Counted from the first letter of the stretch, positions 41,501-55,267 are shown. The stretch is DNA of 64,000 nucleotides from the human T2T-CHM13v2.0 reference genome, Homo sapiens (GCF_009914755.1 NC_060942.1); one strand, 5' to 3'. Notes: generated from the letters alone by a model not told the origin. Translations and numbers: made by a program.

Positions 41501-43936
41501 CCAATTAATTAAATATCCCTACATTTTTAAAATAAAGTTTTATAACTTTCTCTTCAAAGTTCAGATAACTATCTCAGATTTATTTCTATGCAGTTTATAG
41601 AAAGGTAGGCTTTCTCTTTCTGATTATAGCCTTGTAATTGATTTTGTAAATTGATCTAATATTCAGATTTGTTAAAATACCTTATTAATAATATTTCCTA
41701 TATCCTCCTTAGCTTCTGTGTATATAATACACATAAATAATCATATTATTTTTGAAAAATGACAGTTTCATTTATTTCTCTTTTTTAACTTTTTGTCTTA
41801 CTCCGTTAGTAAAAACTTCTAGTTAGTGTTGACAAGAAGTAGTGATACTGGATAGTCCTTGCCTCATTCCTGATTTAGAGTGAAAATATGATCTATATTG
41901 TGTATTGTTTAATGTTCCAGGAGGAAAACAAGTGTTTAGTTACTCGGAGTTTAAATGAAGAAGCTTCAGTTTAAAGGATTGGTTATGAAAGTGCTGAAAT
42001 GTGGAAGGAGTAAAATGAAAAACATGATGTTGTTCAAATATCTGTAATTGCTTTAGGGTATGAGGAATAAAAAGAATAAAGTTGTGTTACATAAATTGCT
42101 GCAGCTTTTGCTTTTAGAACTGCCACTTGACATCTGAGCACAAATCCAAGAAGTAATATTATTAGTCTTCTTGTCCTTAGCAATAGAAAGGAGAGGGTAG
42201 AAAAAAACTTGAGACTGAAAGCCAACAGGCAAATCACTGGCACATTCCACATTTTGGGCTACTAAGCAATCTTATGCATGATGCCACTTATATTTGCTTA
42301 CAATAACACTAGAGATATTTTGCGTTTGTCTAGCATGATGCAATTATTCGTCATGCATTAAAATGCTCTAATTCTTCCACCAAATTAGATTAACTAAGGG
42401 TACATCAGTCACTGCATCTATCTTTGAGTGATGTTGGTTCTTTTCTTATCCAGTAACCTAAATATTCTGGGCCCTAAAAAATAAACTGTTAACCATAACC
42501 AACACTTATTTTATAAAGTAGTAGAAAAGTAGAAAGTAAAAAAATGATTATTATATACAAATAAATGTGAAAAAGGAAGAAAGCCAAAATACATGCCTTC
42601 CACAGTCCTCATTTCTGTAACTAGAAACTAGTAAGCAAGTTAATTCTTACAGCTGTTTGCAACAATACCTCTCTTTCCATGTTCCCTTTATGCTAAGGGG
42701 GTATCTAAAGTTGGTCATAGTTTTTGATCTCTTGAGGTGATCTAAATCTGCACTTTGAAAAATATAAATTTTTAGTGGTCTTGATTTTTTAGTTTGACGT
42801 CGTCTTTCAACCACTTTTCACTGAACATGGAAACCGTAAGAGAATTTCCAGAAAATTCTTAAAGTTTCAGGCATAGATCTTTTTGTCTCCACTGTGATGA
42901 AGGAAACTGATTTTTTCACAGCTTTAGGATTAAGGTCCTCAGCCAGTACAGTGAACCCTTTCTGTGTTTGTCCACAATTGTATGGAGCCTAATATAACCA
43001 GTTGGCCGCTTTAGCTTCCATCCCAAGGAAACTGTTGTTGTGCTCCTACAGGAAGCAGTGGGATAGAAGACCTCTGAACCATCAGACCAGGGTTAAAGTG
43101 CTGTGAATCAAATATTTTATGAGTGGCTTATAAGGTGTAACAAGTAAGGCATTGCCACTTTGTTTCAGTTAAGTAGCTAGGATACCGGGGAAACAATGGA
43201 ACCCCAAATATAAGTGTTTTAAAACAACACATGCTCATTTCTTTCTTATTTTCAATAACCATCATAAAGTGGCTTGGGGCTCTCCTCCATGCAGACCTCC
43301 TTCTGGTATCCAGGCTGGCAGAGCAGTTACTCCCTGTTATATTAATACATGCAGTGGCTAAGGGAAAGAAGATAACGCTATGCTAAGACGGATTCTTAAA
43401 TCTTCTGCCTGGAAGTGACAATATGTAACTTTTGTTCACATTTTAGAGATGAAAGAAAATCATATATTATTCCTAAGGAGTCAGGAAAGTATAATCCTAC
43501 CGTGTAAATAAGAGATGAACTAGAAATATGGGATTAATCAGGACTATCACAGTCTGCCCCCCTGATAACCAAATATTGGATTGCTTGTTCCTTCCACATG
43601 CAAAATACACTCACTACTTCCTCAAATAATCCTACCACAAATTCTTATTTGTTCACAGTATCAGTCTCAAGAGCTGGCATTTTTGAACAATTTTGAATAG
43701 TCTTTCCATCAGGAATAGTTGCAAAAACATCTCTGACCCAGATTTTTATCAGATTACCTTTGGGATTCAGAGAACTAAAAAGACAAGTTACTTTCCCACA
43801 CACGGCCTCTATGGATAACTAGGATATGGACTCCCATGAGGAGCACTGAAGAAGGTCTGACATATTGTTCGTGTGTGTGTCTGTATTTATTTATTTACAT
43901 ATACTTACATTTACATTTATAAAAGTATTATGTCTG

Positions 43937-44264
43937 GGCTAGGTGCCAGTGGCTCACATCTGCAATGCCAGCACTTTGGGAGGCCGAAGCAGGAGAATCA
44001 CTTGAGGCTAGGAGACCGAGACAAGCCCAGGAAACATAGAAAGACCCTGTCTCTACAAAAAAAAAAAAAAAAGAAGAATTGTAAAAATTAGCTTGGCATC
44101 GTGTCACACACTTGTAATCTTAGGTACTTGAGAGGCTGAGGCAGGAGGATTGCTGGAGCTCAGGAGTTCAAGGCTACAGTGAGCTATGGTCAGGCCACTG
44201 CTCTCCGGCTTGGGCAACAGCAGAAGATCCTGACTCTAAAAAATGAATAAATCAATAAATAAAA
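43937..44264 (+). mobile_element. AluJ
   Basis: ggaggattgc...gagctcaggagttcaaggctacagtgagctat (J-type), with a long middle A-tract. Confidence 0.93.
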
Positions 44265-45224
44265 TCCTTTTGGGGTCAATATCTACTTGTTATTACAATG
44301 TATTTTAATTTCTTGGTATGACCTAAGTCAAGATGTGATATAAACTCATAAATTTCACTTTCTCTACGCCATGCCTTTTTCTGGTGTTGAGCTGACATCT
44401 CATTTCTCTTCCTGCCTGAGAAGGTTGTCAGCCCATGGCTTGCGCCAAGTCTCAAGTGTTGCTGTGTCTTGTGATCTAGGATGGTAGGGGTTTGGCAGTC
44501 AAAAATTTTATTAGCCTCATATATTTTATTGTAGTCATCTCCATGTACCAATAACTATGGTCACATTCTTTTCCAGTTAAATTTCTTACTCTTGCTATTT
44601 AATTAATTAATTTAATTTTTGTTTCTTTTTCTTGATTTATTTCCAGACACATTTATCCTTTCAGGTTTTGGTGAGAGAATGACATCTTTAATCCCTTTTT
44701 AAAGACATTTTGGCCAATTTAATGAATTTAATTAGTGGTTTACTCTTAGTTAGGGCTTTTATCTAGGACACATTAATACATCACATACTCACATCCTCTT
44801 GATTTGAACCTTGTCATGAGGTTTAGTTTCAACTTGCCTTTGAAACTGAAGACTTTCTTAGATTTATATTTTAGCAGTTGACACTGAAAAAAGAATTCTC
44901 TTCTAGAACTACGGGTTTCAAAATTTATGAACTTTCTCTATTCCAATTTATTCCTGCTTGTACACTACCCGAAATTTCTGAGTTCATCTCTCTTTTATAC
45001 TACATTTTCAAGTTCAGGTAAAAGCAGTCAACACACAGTAATACCATTCTGTTATATGACTTTTTGCCTTAGAGTATAACCTCATTTTGTACATAATTGA
45101 ATTCAAAATTATCAGAAGCAATATTTTCAAATGATTCACAGCTGCATTAAAAGGGACACCATCCTTTCAGTCACAGAAAATTGTTTACTTGCTGCGTAAC
45201 AAACAATCATGATAGTGTTGGAAA

Positions 45225-45415
45225 TTGTATGTATGTATGTATGTGTGTATATATGTGTGTGTATGTGCATATACATATATAAACATATATAGTTATACAG
45301 AACACATAAACATATAAATATGTACATATAATATAAACACATATATAATTGGTGATTATATATATATATAAAATTATACCACATGTTCTCTCTTTCTCTC
45401 TCTCTCTTTCTCTCA
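45225..45415. repeat. TA/TG/CA-rich low-complexity tract followed by (TC)n
   Basis: Read directly. Confidence 0.85.
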
Positions 45416-46394
45416 GTGCCTACTCATCGCTACAATGTATTTTAATCTCTCAGATAATCCAGGTAATAATGTGGTACAAACCTGTAAATCTCAGTTGCTC
45501 AGTGGTTTAAAACAACAAAGGTTTCCTTTTTACTCCTTTTACATGTCTGTCACAGATTGGCTGAAGCTCTGTTCTCTCATCATCACTCTGGGAAACAGAC
45601 TAAGGGGGCAGGCATCATCTCAATTACTGCTGATGATAACACAGAACCGAAAGAGTGCTATGACAACCTGGCTCCTCAATGTCAGCTTGGAACTAAAACA
45701 TATCATTTCAATTTTTATTTCATTGTGAATGCAACGTGGTTCTTCCAAAGATCAAAAGAGATAGAATGCACAATCTGACCATGTGCCCAAATTCTTGATG
45801 AACAGCAGTGATATTTTTCTTATATATCCACCACTTGATTCCGAGGCCTATGTATTCTGGCAACAACAACAACAACAACAAAAAACCAGAATCAAAATGT
45901 AGTCAATGTTTCAGAGCCCATACATCATCTTACAGAAGAGTATTCCAAACCCACAGGCTAGTCTCCTAGCTAGAACCTAAACTGAGTATTCAATAGGTAA
46001 TTGCAACATTTTATGAAGGCCAACAGCTTTTAGATAATAAAGTATATCTTAAAGGCAATAAATTTTATATGTTTGAAGCCACCAGTACAGTATTTTAATG
46101 AAAACTAATTTTCTTGGACAGAAGCAATACTTTCTATGATATCATAATGGTAAATACATGGTAGAAGTCCATAGATGGTGACTGACATACAATTCCAGGA
46201 AGCAAGATGTTCAGAATGAGTATCTTTTCCATTTGGGAAAAAACACTGTCTGTGATTCAAAAGGTCAAATATAAGCAATCTGCCTCTAGGTAACTTACTG
46301 GTGTCTGTGGTAAACTGTGCCATAGCATAGACTTAATCTCTGCTCTTGGGAAAATAGATACACATTGAAGTGGTGGTCATCTCATGATAGGGAA

Positions 46395-46731
46395 TACCTT
46401 AGTCCATTTGTGCTGTCATAACAAAATACCTGAGACTGGGTAATTTATAAAAAACAGAAATTTATTTTTCATAATTCTAGAGGCTGGGAAGTCCAAGATC
46501 AATGCACTCACACATTTGGTCTGCTGAGGCCTTCCTGCTGCATCTTTACATAGCAGAAGGCAGGAGGGTGAAGTAAGTGAACACTATGAGAAATACCCTT
46601 TAAAATAGGCTTAATGCCATTAAGGTGGATGCTGCCCTCATGGCCTAATCACCTCTTGTGAAAGTCCCACCTCTTCATCCTATCCCATTAGCAACACCAT
46701 TATTTTGGAGAGTATGCATTCAAACCAGAGA
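46395..46731 (-). mobile_element. MST/MLT1A-like solo LTR
   Basis: cttagtccatttgtgctg...gagactgggtaatttataaa...gaggctgggaagtccaagatcaa...cattcaaacca. Confidence 0.85.
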
Positions 46732-47336
46732 AGGAACTCCTAAATATTAAACATGTATGCAACCTCCACACCTACTACCATTTTTTTTCATATGGCTGTG
46801 TTGGACAAGGCTTGTCATGTTAGATAAGAAAGCTGAATAACAGTCAAATGGTGGGTCATAGTGTACTCCTGATTATTTCTAATTTTCTTTGTAGCACTTT
46901 GTAAGCATTTCTGTTAGGCATAAATATTTACATATTCTGTACCCATTCCAAGAAGTCAACTTACATTACTCTTGTCCATTTATTTATGCAAACAGGAAAA
47001 CAACAACAACAACTTCTAATTTTGTTCTTTTTAGGTCCCTGACCACTGACCATAGAGTTGGTCACTACCCACAACTTAATGCAGGACCTTTGCTCATAAC
47101 CTCCATTCAGTCAGAGTGAAAAACAAATGTACTCTGCAAACATGTGCCTACTGGAAAGATTTATCTTACCGTTTGTCTTTTAGGGACATTCCTGAGTGGG
47201 ACCTTGACGCTATAGCAGTCAATTTCCAGAGAGTGCCATCATAGCATGAAAAACCATCCATAAGCCAAACGTAGGCTTTTTCTTTTGTTTGATTATTTAT
47301 TTCCTCAAACAACTAATAACAAGGAAGAATTCACAT

Positions 47337-47635
47337 GGCCCGATGCTGTGGCTCACACCTGTAATCCCAGCACTTTTGGAGTCCGAGGCGTGCAGATCAT
47401 TTGAGGCCAGTAGTTCAAGACCAGCCAGGCCACCATGGTGAAACCCCATCTCTACTAAAAATACAAAAATTAGCCAGGCGTGGGGGCATGTGCCTGTAGT
47501 TCCAGCTACTGGGGAGGCTGAGTCAGGAGAATTGCTTGAAACCAGGAGATGGAGGTCTCAGTGAGCCGAGACAGTGCTACTGCACTCCAGTCTGGGCAAC
47601 AGAGTAAGACTCAGTCTCAAAAAAAAAAAAAAAAA
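47337..47635 (+). mobile_element. AluS (Sx/Sz-like)
   Basis: Full dimer with poly-A. Partial TSD aagaatt. Confidence 0.96.
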
Positions 47636-48329
47636 GAATTAATAAGGTCAGAGATGCAGGATATATATTTAACTAATCTTGAAAAATGGCCATGTAAAAG
47701 GTGAGAATTCAAAACTTGTGACCTAATACTATTGTAAAAGAAAAAGCAGGAATTAAACACTTAAAATTCCTGGAAACTCTTACTATTGAGATTGCCAAAA
47801 TGGAAGAATCTAAGAATGTATTACTTTTGAATGGTAAGAAAACATAAATCAAAAGAATACAAAAAGCAACACAAAAGCAAACTGTGACATAAATAAGAGG
47901 CACAAATCATGGGATGAAACTGAACAAGTATAATATCTTAGATTGGAAGATAAATCCCACTAATTTTCCAAATATAAAATGCTCAGTATAAAAAAGAAAG
48001 TACTTTTATCAGCATATGACTTAATTTGGTAAAAATATCTTTCTTAAATTCAGTTCTCTTCTACTGACTTTCAAAGGAATAATGATTAAGAAGAAAGACC
48101 TGCTCCCTGCTGGGTTTGTTATTGTGTGCTTGCTAGTTTCCTGTAACTGTTAAATTGGAGCTTTATTAAAACATCAAATTGCAGTATAATCTCTTCAGTC
48201 AAAATAGTAACATGACAGGCAAAACTTTTAAAAAATGTTAAGAATATTTGTGGCATTTCTGATAGGGAAAAATTATGTTTTAAGTGGCCTTTATTATTTT
48301 TCATAAAAAATGCTTGAAATCCAGTTCAG

Positions 48330-48455
48330 GCTTTTCACAGGATTGGGAGCTGGTCTTCCCAGTCACCTTTGCCGTTTACTAACTGTTTGTCATTTCCAAG
48401 TGTCATTACTTCTCTATGTCTCAGTTCTTCATTTGAAAATGTAAATCATTTTATA
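48330..48455 (+). mobile_element. MIR fragment
   Basis: tttactaactgt...cttctctatgtctcagttcttcatttgaaaatg. Confidence 0.6.
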
Positions 48456-50922
48456 GAAATCTAGAAATTATTATTATTATCTACTTTTAAAATGATCATT
48501 ATTATACTCACTGTCAATAGATTGATATATAGAGTATATTGATGTTTTTCATGGAAAGTTTTATGATTTATATTTTATGACATATAATCTGTCAATGGTG
48601 TTTACTAAATATAATAGAATATTCTTATTTCACACTATTGGCCTTGCTAGAAAAAGAAACTACTAACTAGTATCCTAATGTTCTTTTCTCTTCCACAAAC
48701 AAAAATAGAGTCTATGTATTCCTGTATGGTCAAGAACTCTCCTTTTGTCAGATAAATAGACTAGCTTGTGCTGATTTTGAGAACAGGAGTTCTCAGCTCA
48801 CAGCAGTTATTGAGCTGATTATTTAGCAATTTAATTTTATTTGTTGATATATAAAACAATATGGACCAGGATTATCTGCAGTAAGATTATCCATTATTTA
48901 TTGAGAGATTTTAGTGTGTTTAATATGATAAACAGTTGTATAATAAGCAAACAGCAGATCCCAAAACAGTTCTAAGAACCTAGATAATTCTAGGTCAAAT
49001 TGTAAAATCTTTATTTAGGTAATTTGCATTTTTTAATGTTATCTCAATTGCAAATGAAAATAGTTGTATTATTTAGGTCTATCATTATTTAAGACAACAA
49101 AAGCCATGGCCTAAGATTAGTATGTATTGTACATTTCACTAATTATTTGGAAGAGCATTTGCATGCTCAATTGTGCCCAGAAAATCTCAGACAATATTTC
49201 CTAAATGTCTGAAATTTGTAAATAAGTACTTCAGCTTCTATTTTGTAAATAACATTTGAAGGCAGCTATTTTACTGAATTAAAAATAGTCTTAGTTCTAT
49301 AAAATATGTGCAAGTCTTTGTTACAATCAGCATTAACAATTCCTGTGTCATGTTCACCAATCCAGGAAGGTCTGGCTAATGGGATAATAATCTGTGTTTA
49401 TATAATGCAGACTTCAGATTTTATGATAATATAATAAAAGATTATTTGTATCAGATTTCCAATTTTAGGTGCATAATTGCTTCTGCCATCTCTCCTAAGC
49501 AGGCAATTTTTTAAACCATATCTTTATGAGGAAGTATTTCAATTGACATAATTATTTTGAGACTTAGTATAGAATTCTTCAAATGTGGTTGTGATGAACA
49601 TACTCTAGGTTTGTCTCTATTGGGAAGAAATTTATATTTCATGTTTATATTTCTCCTATAATACTCTTCAGTGCTATACTAAATCACTGACTATCAATTT
49701 AATTTGATACAAAGAGCCAAATTTTTCATGAGTTTTAGATGCAGCATAATATTTTGCACCTGCATTTTTACAGGCATGGAATTTAATTGCTCCTTTATTT
49801 GGCTAATTATTTTTATATTTGGCCATTTTGGCCATTACACTGAAATTCAATTATGCACTTATTGATGCCCTTGGGAAATTTTGCCCTATACTGACAATTT
49901 ATGGTTGTAATTTAATTGCAGAACGGTGTGTGGAAAAAAAGTGCCTATTAAGTCTATTGAGAAGGGTGAAGACATACAGTTGGATGTTGAAATAAATGTC
50001 CAGAATGAGAACTATTATTGGCAAGTACTTTCAAACCATTGCACAATTACATTTTTGGAGAGACCTATTTGATTATGCTCTATTTTTATTTTGTACAGAC
50101 TTTTGCTTTCCAGGAGAAATACACGTTGTGTATGAATGCATATAACTTCATATACACCATTGTTGTACATTAATTGTAAATCACCTGTTTCTTCATAGAC
50201 TGAATGTTTTTTTTTTTCAAAAATGGGTGAGTAAATTTTAACTTGTCTTTATGTTGTGCAAAGATAATATGGGAAATAAAGGGATGTCAATGCAACTGTA
50301 TTTTTTTTAAGGAATTCTGTTTTACTCCAAGAGCTCCTCAATATGTATTGTACCTTCTCCTGTTTGTTAAAGTAGATCAGAGTAAAGACATTTGACATTG
50401 TCAACTATAGTGAAAAGTAACAAAATAGCATAGGGCAGGATAAATGGTTTTAATTTTAAAATAAGATCATTTGCTTTAATGTAAGAGACCAATTATTATT
50501 TGTATAAGTACTTGAAACTCTGAAACCAAGCATCAAATCAAGATATCAAGTGCCTTCATGTGCTTCCAATCTAAAATTTATTTTTAAACCTTTATCAATT
50601 TAATGTCTATATGTGACAAAACATTAAATTTTAGGGTCTTATACTGAAGGAGCTCTTAACTTCACTCATCTCATTTTCAGTCACACTTCTTAGAGATGAA
50701 CATTTTAGTTCATTCTCATTTTAGTTCCATTGACAGTTACCCTTTTAATTATAAAAGAAAGCTTATTATATAATTACTTTTCCAAATTCCTATATGGATG
50801 TTCAGTTTGGAAAGGTAAAGGTTTAATTCCCATTCTTCAACTTCTACTTCCACTCAATCCCTTCTGAAATATTTGTTCGTATAATTGATTTTAATTCTTC
50901 TACTATTTTTATATGTAACTTT

Positions 50923-51249
50923 TTATTTTTTGTATTTCATTTTTTTTATTGACACGGATTCACACTGTTGCCCAGACTGGAGTGCACTGGCGCCATCACG
51001 GCTCAATGCAACCTCCCACACCAGGGTTTAAGATTCTCGTGCCTCAGCTTCCTGAGTAGCTGGGATCACAGGTGACCGCCACCACTCCGGGCAAAAATTT
51101 TTTTCTTTTTTTTTTTTTTTTGTTATTTTTAGTAGAGATGGGGTTTCGCGATGTTGGCCGGGCTGGTTTATAACTCTTGACCTCAGGTGATCCGCCTGCC
51201 TTGGCCTCCTAAAGTGCTGGGATTACAGGCATGAGCCACCGCACATGGC
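50923..51249 (-). mobile_element. AluS
   Basis: Reverse dimer. TSD tgtaacttt at 50914 and 51250. Confidence 0.95.
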
Positions 51250-51653
51250 TGTAACTTTAGATAATATTTTTAAATCACCATTTTCCATCAGTTTTGATAC
51301 CCACACATAAAGTGAACATTTTAATGTCTAAAACCTTTACTTGGATTCTGTTCTGCCACCTCCCGGTTTTTTCAGCTCTACCTTTGTCTATGTTTCAAAG
51401 GCTGGTTGCATTTGCACTGTGCTCACTATGTTAAATTGCATATGCTCTACCCGTAGTTTGAGTCTAAAAGTTGAAACCAATGAACATCATTGTATTTTTA
51501 TGAACATATAAACTACTCTTTAAATAAAGGCACCTAGTTTTATAGAACATTTTCCTTACAGGTCAAATATTAAGATTTCTATTCTATTTCAGGGTTCCTT
51601 TGAACCTACGGATTTACATTTTTTAAATGGCATGTATGTATGTTACCTTTTAG

Positions 51654-51936
<283 letters not shown>

Positions 51937-52313
51937 TTAACTTCATATTTTAATCATGGCATTATTAAACGTTGTTTTGTTTTGAACTTTGAAAATTTTG
52001 AATTTTAAATTATTTCTCCCTTCCTTTCTTCCTTTCTTCTTTCCTTTTTCTTTTCTTTTCTTCTTGTGGTCACTGAAAAAATAAATGTATGTCTTCTTTA
52101 CTATATTCTTAATATACTGCCAATTTTTAGCTATTTCTACGTGTTGCAGTAAAATCCCTCCATTTTTTTGTTCATGCAGAAGTTTTTGGAGCTGATTGTC
52201 TGGTCACACTGGGATCAATTGATGCCTCATTAATATTTCTTTTCATTGACCTCCTGGTTTACTTCTACCACTTCTTATATCCTACATCTTCCTGTTTGTT
52301 GCTTTCCATATAC

Positions 52314-52624
52314 TTTTTTTTTTTTTGAGGTGGGGTCTCACTCTGTTGCCCAGGCTGGAGTGCAGGGGTGCGATCTCGGCTCACTGCAACCTCCACCTCC
52401 CAGGCTGAAGCAATCCTCCTGCCTCAGCCTCCTGACTAGATGGGATTACAGGTGCCCGTCACCACCAAAAAAAATTAGCCTGGCTATTTTTTTTTTGTAT
52501 GTTTGGTAGAGACAGGATTTCACTAAGTTGCCCAGGCTAGGCTTGAACTTCTGAGCTGAGGCGATCCACCCACCTCAGTCTCCCAAAGTACTGGAATTAC
52601 AGGCATGAGCCACTGCATCAGGCC
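52314..52624 (-). mobile_element. AluJ with an internal fold-back insertion
   Basis: ggctgaagcaatcctcc and aagttgcccaggct (J-type). Confidence 0.93.
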
Positions 52625-53313
52625 TTCATTTACTTCTTTATTAAAATAGAGCATCAGGTAATTTTCTCAGAAAGAGTCTGGAGATTCACGCTTTCTTAAT
52701 TATAGTACAATGGAAATCTTCTTATTTTCTTATAATTTAAGTATGTGTAGAATTCTTTTTCAAAATAAGTTTTCCTTCAGATATGAAGGCATTGACTTAT
52801 TGAATCCTTTATCTTTTGTTGCCAATGAAAAGATTGATGCTACCTTGGTTTTTTCTTTTGTTTATTTGGTTTTGTATTTTTTTCAGATATATGTTCAATC
52901 TTCTCATTGTTCTTCACTTTCTAATAAAATTTCACCTATCATTTATTTTATAATAATTTTCGCCATTTTCTGACGTTCTCTCCCCAAAGCTCATTTTAGT
53001 TAGATATTGGATTTCTAACAATAGACCCTTTGTTTTTTAATATTCTATTTTTATCTCTATCTCCATTTTATCGCTATCAAAATTTTGTGTTTTGTCATTA
53101 TTCTAAGCAGATTAAACACCTTTCGCTGCTTCATGGATCCCAATCCTATGTGTATCTTCCCATGCACTGTTTCACTTTATACCTTTAGTTGCTTTTTTCT
53201 TTGGATAGTGAAAATTATAATGTACACACCTTGCTGATTTGCAGTCAGTAGTCACATTATAGCACTAATAATATTGGTTTATAGCAATGCCCACTCTGAT
53301 TGGTGATGCTATT

Positions 53314-53366
53314 GATGGGGTTTCGTCATGTTGGCCAGGCTGGTTTCAAACTCCTGGCCTCAGGTG
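53314..53366 (-). mobile_element. Isolated 53-bp internal Alu left-arm fragment
   Basis: gatggggtttcgtcatgttggccaggctggtttcaaactcctggcctcaggtg. Confidence 0.88.
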
Positions 53367-53586
53367 TTTTATTTTATTAGTCTGTCCCAGTGCCACTTTG
53401 TTTGTTAAATATTTTCAATATTTCCCATTCATAAACACATGATAGTACTTGAAAAATATAGAATAGTGCAACAAACCAAAACTAGAAAATAAAAATTACT
53501 TTTAACAAAATAGATTCATTAACAATAACATGTGTATATTCTTCTAACATTAGTATCTATTTGCTTGCAAAATAAAGACTAAATTA

Positions 53587-54075
53587 CAATTGACCCTTGA
53601 ACAATGTGGGGGTTTCACAGTTGAAAATCTGCACATGATTTTTGACTTCCCCAAAACTTGACTGCTAATAGACTACAGTTGACCAAAGCCTTACCAATAA
53701 CATAAACAGTCGATTAATACATATTTTGCATGTTATATGTATTATGTACTGTATTCTTATAATAAAGTAAGTCAGAGAAAAGAAAATGTTATTACAAAAA
53801 CCATAAGGGAGATAATATATATTTACTATTCATTAAGTGGAAGCAGATACTCATAAAGGTTTTTATCTTTGTTGTCTTATCATTGAGTGGGCTGAGGAGA
53901 AGGAGGAAAAGGAGGGTTTGATTTTACTGTTTCCCGGGAGAAAGAGGCAAAAGAGGTAGAGGAAATGGAAGGGGGAGCAGGAGAGACAGGCACACCCAGT
54001 GTGACTTTTATATTTAAAAGTCTGTGTATAAGTGGACTATCACAGTTCAAAACAGTGTTGTTCAAGAGTCAACTG
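53587..54075 (+). mobile_element. Tigger2-family (Tigger2a/b-like) DNA transposon
   Basis: TIRs caattgacccttgaacaa / ttgttcaagagtcaactg, TA on the left, and Tigger2 internal motifs. Confidence 0.93.
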
Positions 54076-54688
54076 TGTTACTAAGATATATACCTAATTT
54101 TTATTTTATCATTTATGACCACCATTTTCTATAATTGTAAATATTCTTCAGTGGGATATTTAGTGGATGAATAGTAAGTTATCTTTCTGAAAATATAATC
54201 ATTTATTTATCTAAACTTATCTTTGAGGCATGAAAATCTCCGTAATTTTTTAGAAAAACTTTCTTTTTTACCCAAAGCAAAAAAAAAAAAAAAAAAACAA
54301 AAAAAACGGGAATGTTGGCATGCGGTGTCAAATTACTGTGAAGAAAAGTACATCATTTAAATTTCCCACCAACTTTTTTCTTATATTGCTGTTTCTCCCT
54401 CTCTTGCTAGTCATAGAAATTTAAATGTCTTCTATAATTCTGCAAAGTTCAAGCCTAAAGTTGGGCCTAATTTTCTTTTGTATTCCTTTGATTGCTAACC
54501 AGGGCACATATTTTCTAACATAACGGTATGTGCAAAAGCTAATAATGTTTTCATTTTAAGTAGAATGAATCTCAATTGGTTTTATGCTTACAAAGATGTT
54601 TCCCATAGCAAAACCTAAAATATATTTTTCTATAACTTCTGCTTATTTAAAATATTAATTTATTTAAAATTAATTTTGATATGTTCTT

Positions 54689-54831
54689 TTTTATTATTTT
54701 ATTTTTTAATTAATAGAGATGAGGTCTCACTATGTTACCCAGGCTGGTTTCAAACTCCTGAGCTCCAGCGACCCTCCCACCTTGGCCTCCTAAATTGCTG
54801 GGATTACAGGCTCGACCTACCATGCCCAGCC
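54689..54831 (-). mobile_element. FLAM (free left Alu monomer)
   Basis: Single monomer with its own tail and a 14-bp TSD taattttgatatgt at 54671 and 54832. Confidence 0.9.
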
Positions 54832-55267
54832 TAATTTTGATATGTCTTATCATGTAAAAATATGGCTTATATTTTTTGAAAAGACACTTAAAATTGTGCT
54901 TGGACAAATTATTCAACATTATAGGATAATTCTTTCTTCCTCCACTCATCTAAAACCAATGTTAATTATATATGAATTTCTTACATTTGGGACAATCTAC
55001 TTGTGGGCTTTCTTTTTATACCCCTGAGCAATCTGCCTACCTTTGTAAGAGTGCTAAATCCATTTTAGGACTGTAGTATTTTACTGCATTGTATAATTTA
55101 TGGAGTCAGGTTTACTGAATTTTTTTTATAAAAAATCTTTGTAATTTTTTCATGAGTTGTTCTCAGGTGAAATGCAGACTAAGTTACCATTCCAAAAAAG
55201 ATGTATGAATAAATAAAACCCTTGTACGAATTTGAAATTTCAATAAAACCCTTAAAATATTTGTTGA

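Larger units (their letters stand above)
43160..45815 (-). mobile_element. Old MLT1 (J/K/L-like) MaLR with two LTRs and internal region
   Basis: LTR-like segments at about 43160-43555 and 45450-45815, both with g(t)ttttaaaacaaca, flanking MLT1-int-like sequence. Confidence 0.5.
41910..47320 (-). mobile_element. Degraded ERVL-class element (LTR-like part plus HERV16/ERV3-16A3-like internal) with nested insertions
   Basis: Internal-like phrases gaaactgttgttgtgctcc...gacctctgaacc and ccaccacttgattccgaggcc. Highly diverged. Confidence 0.45.
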
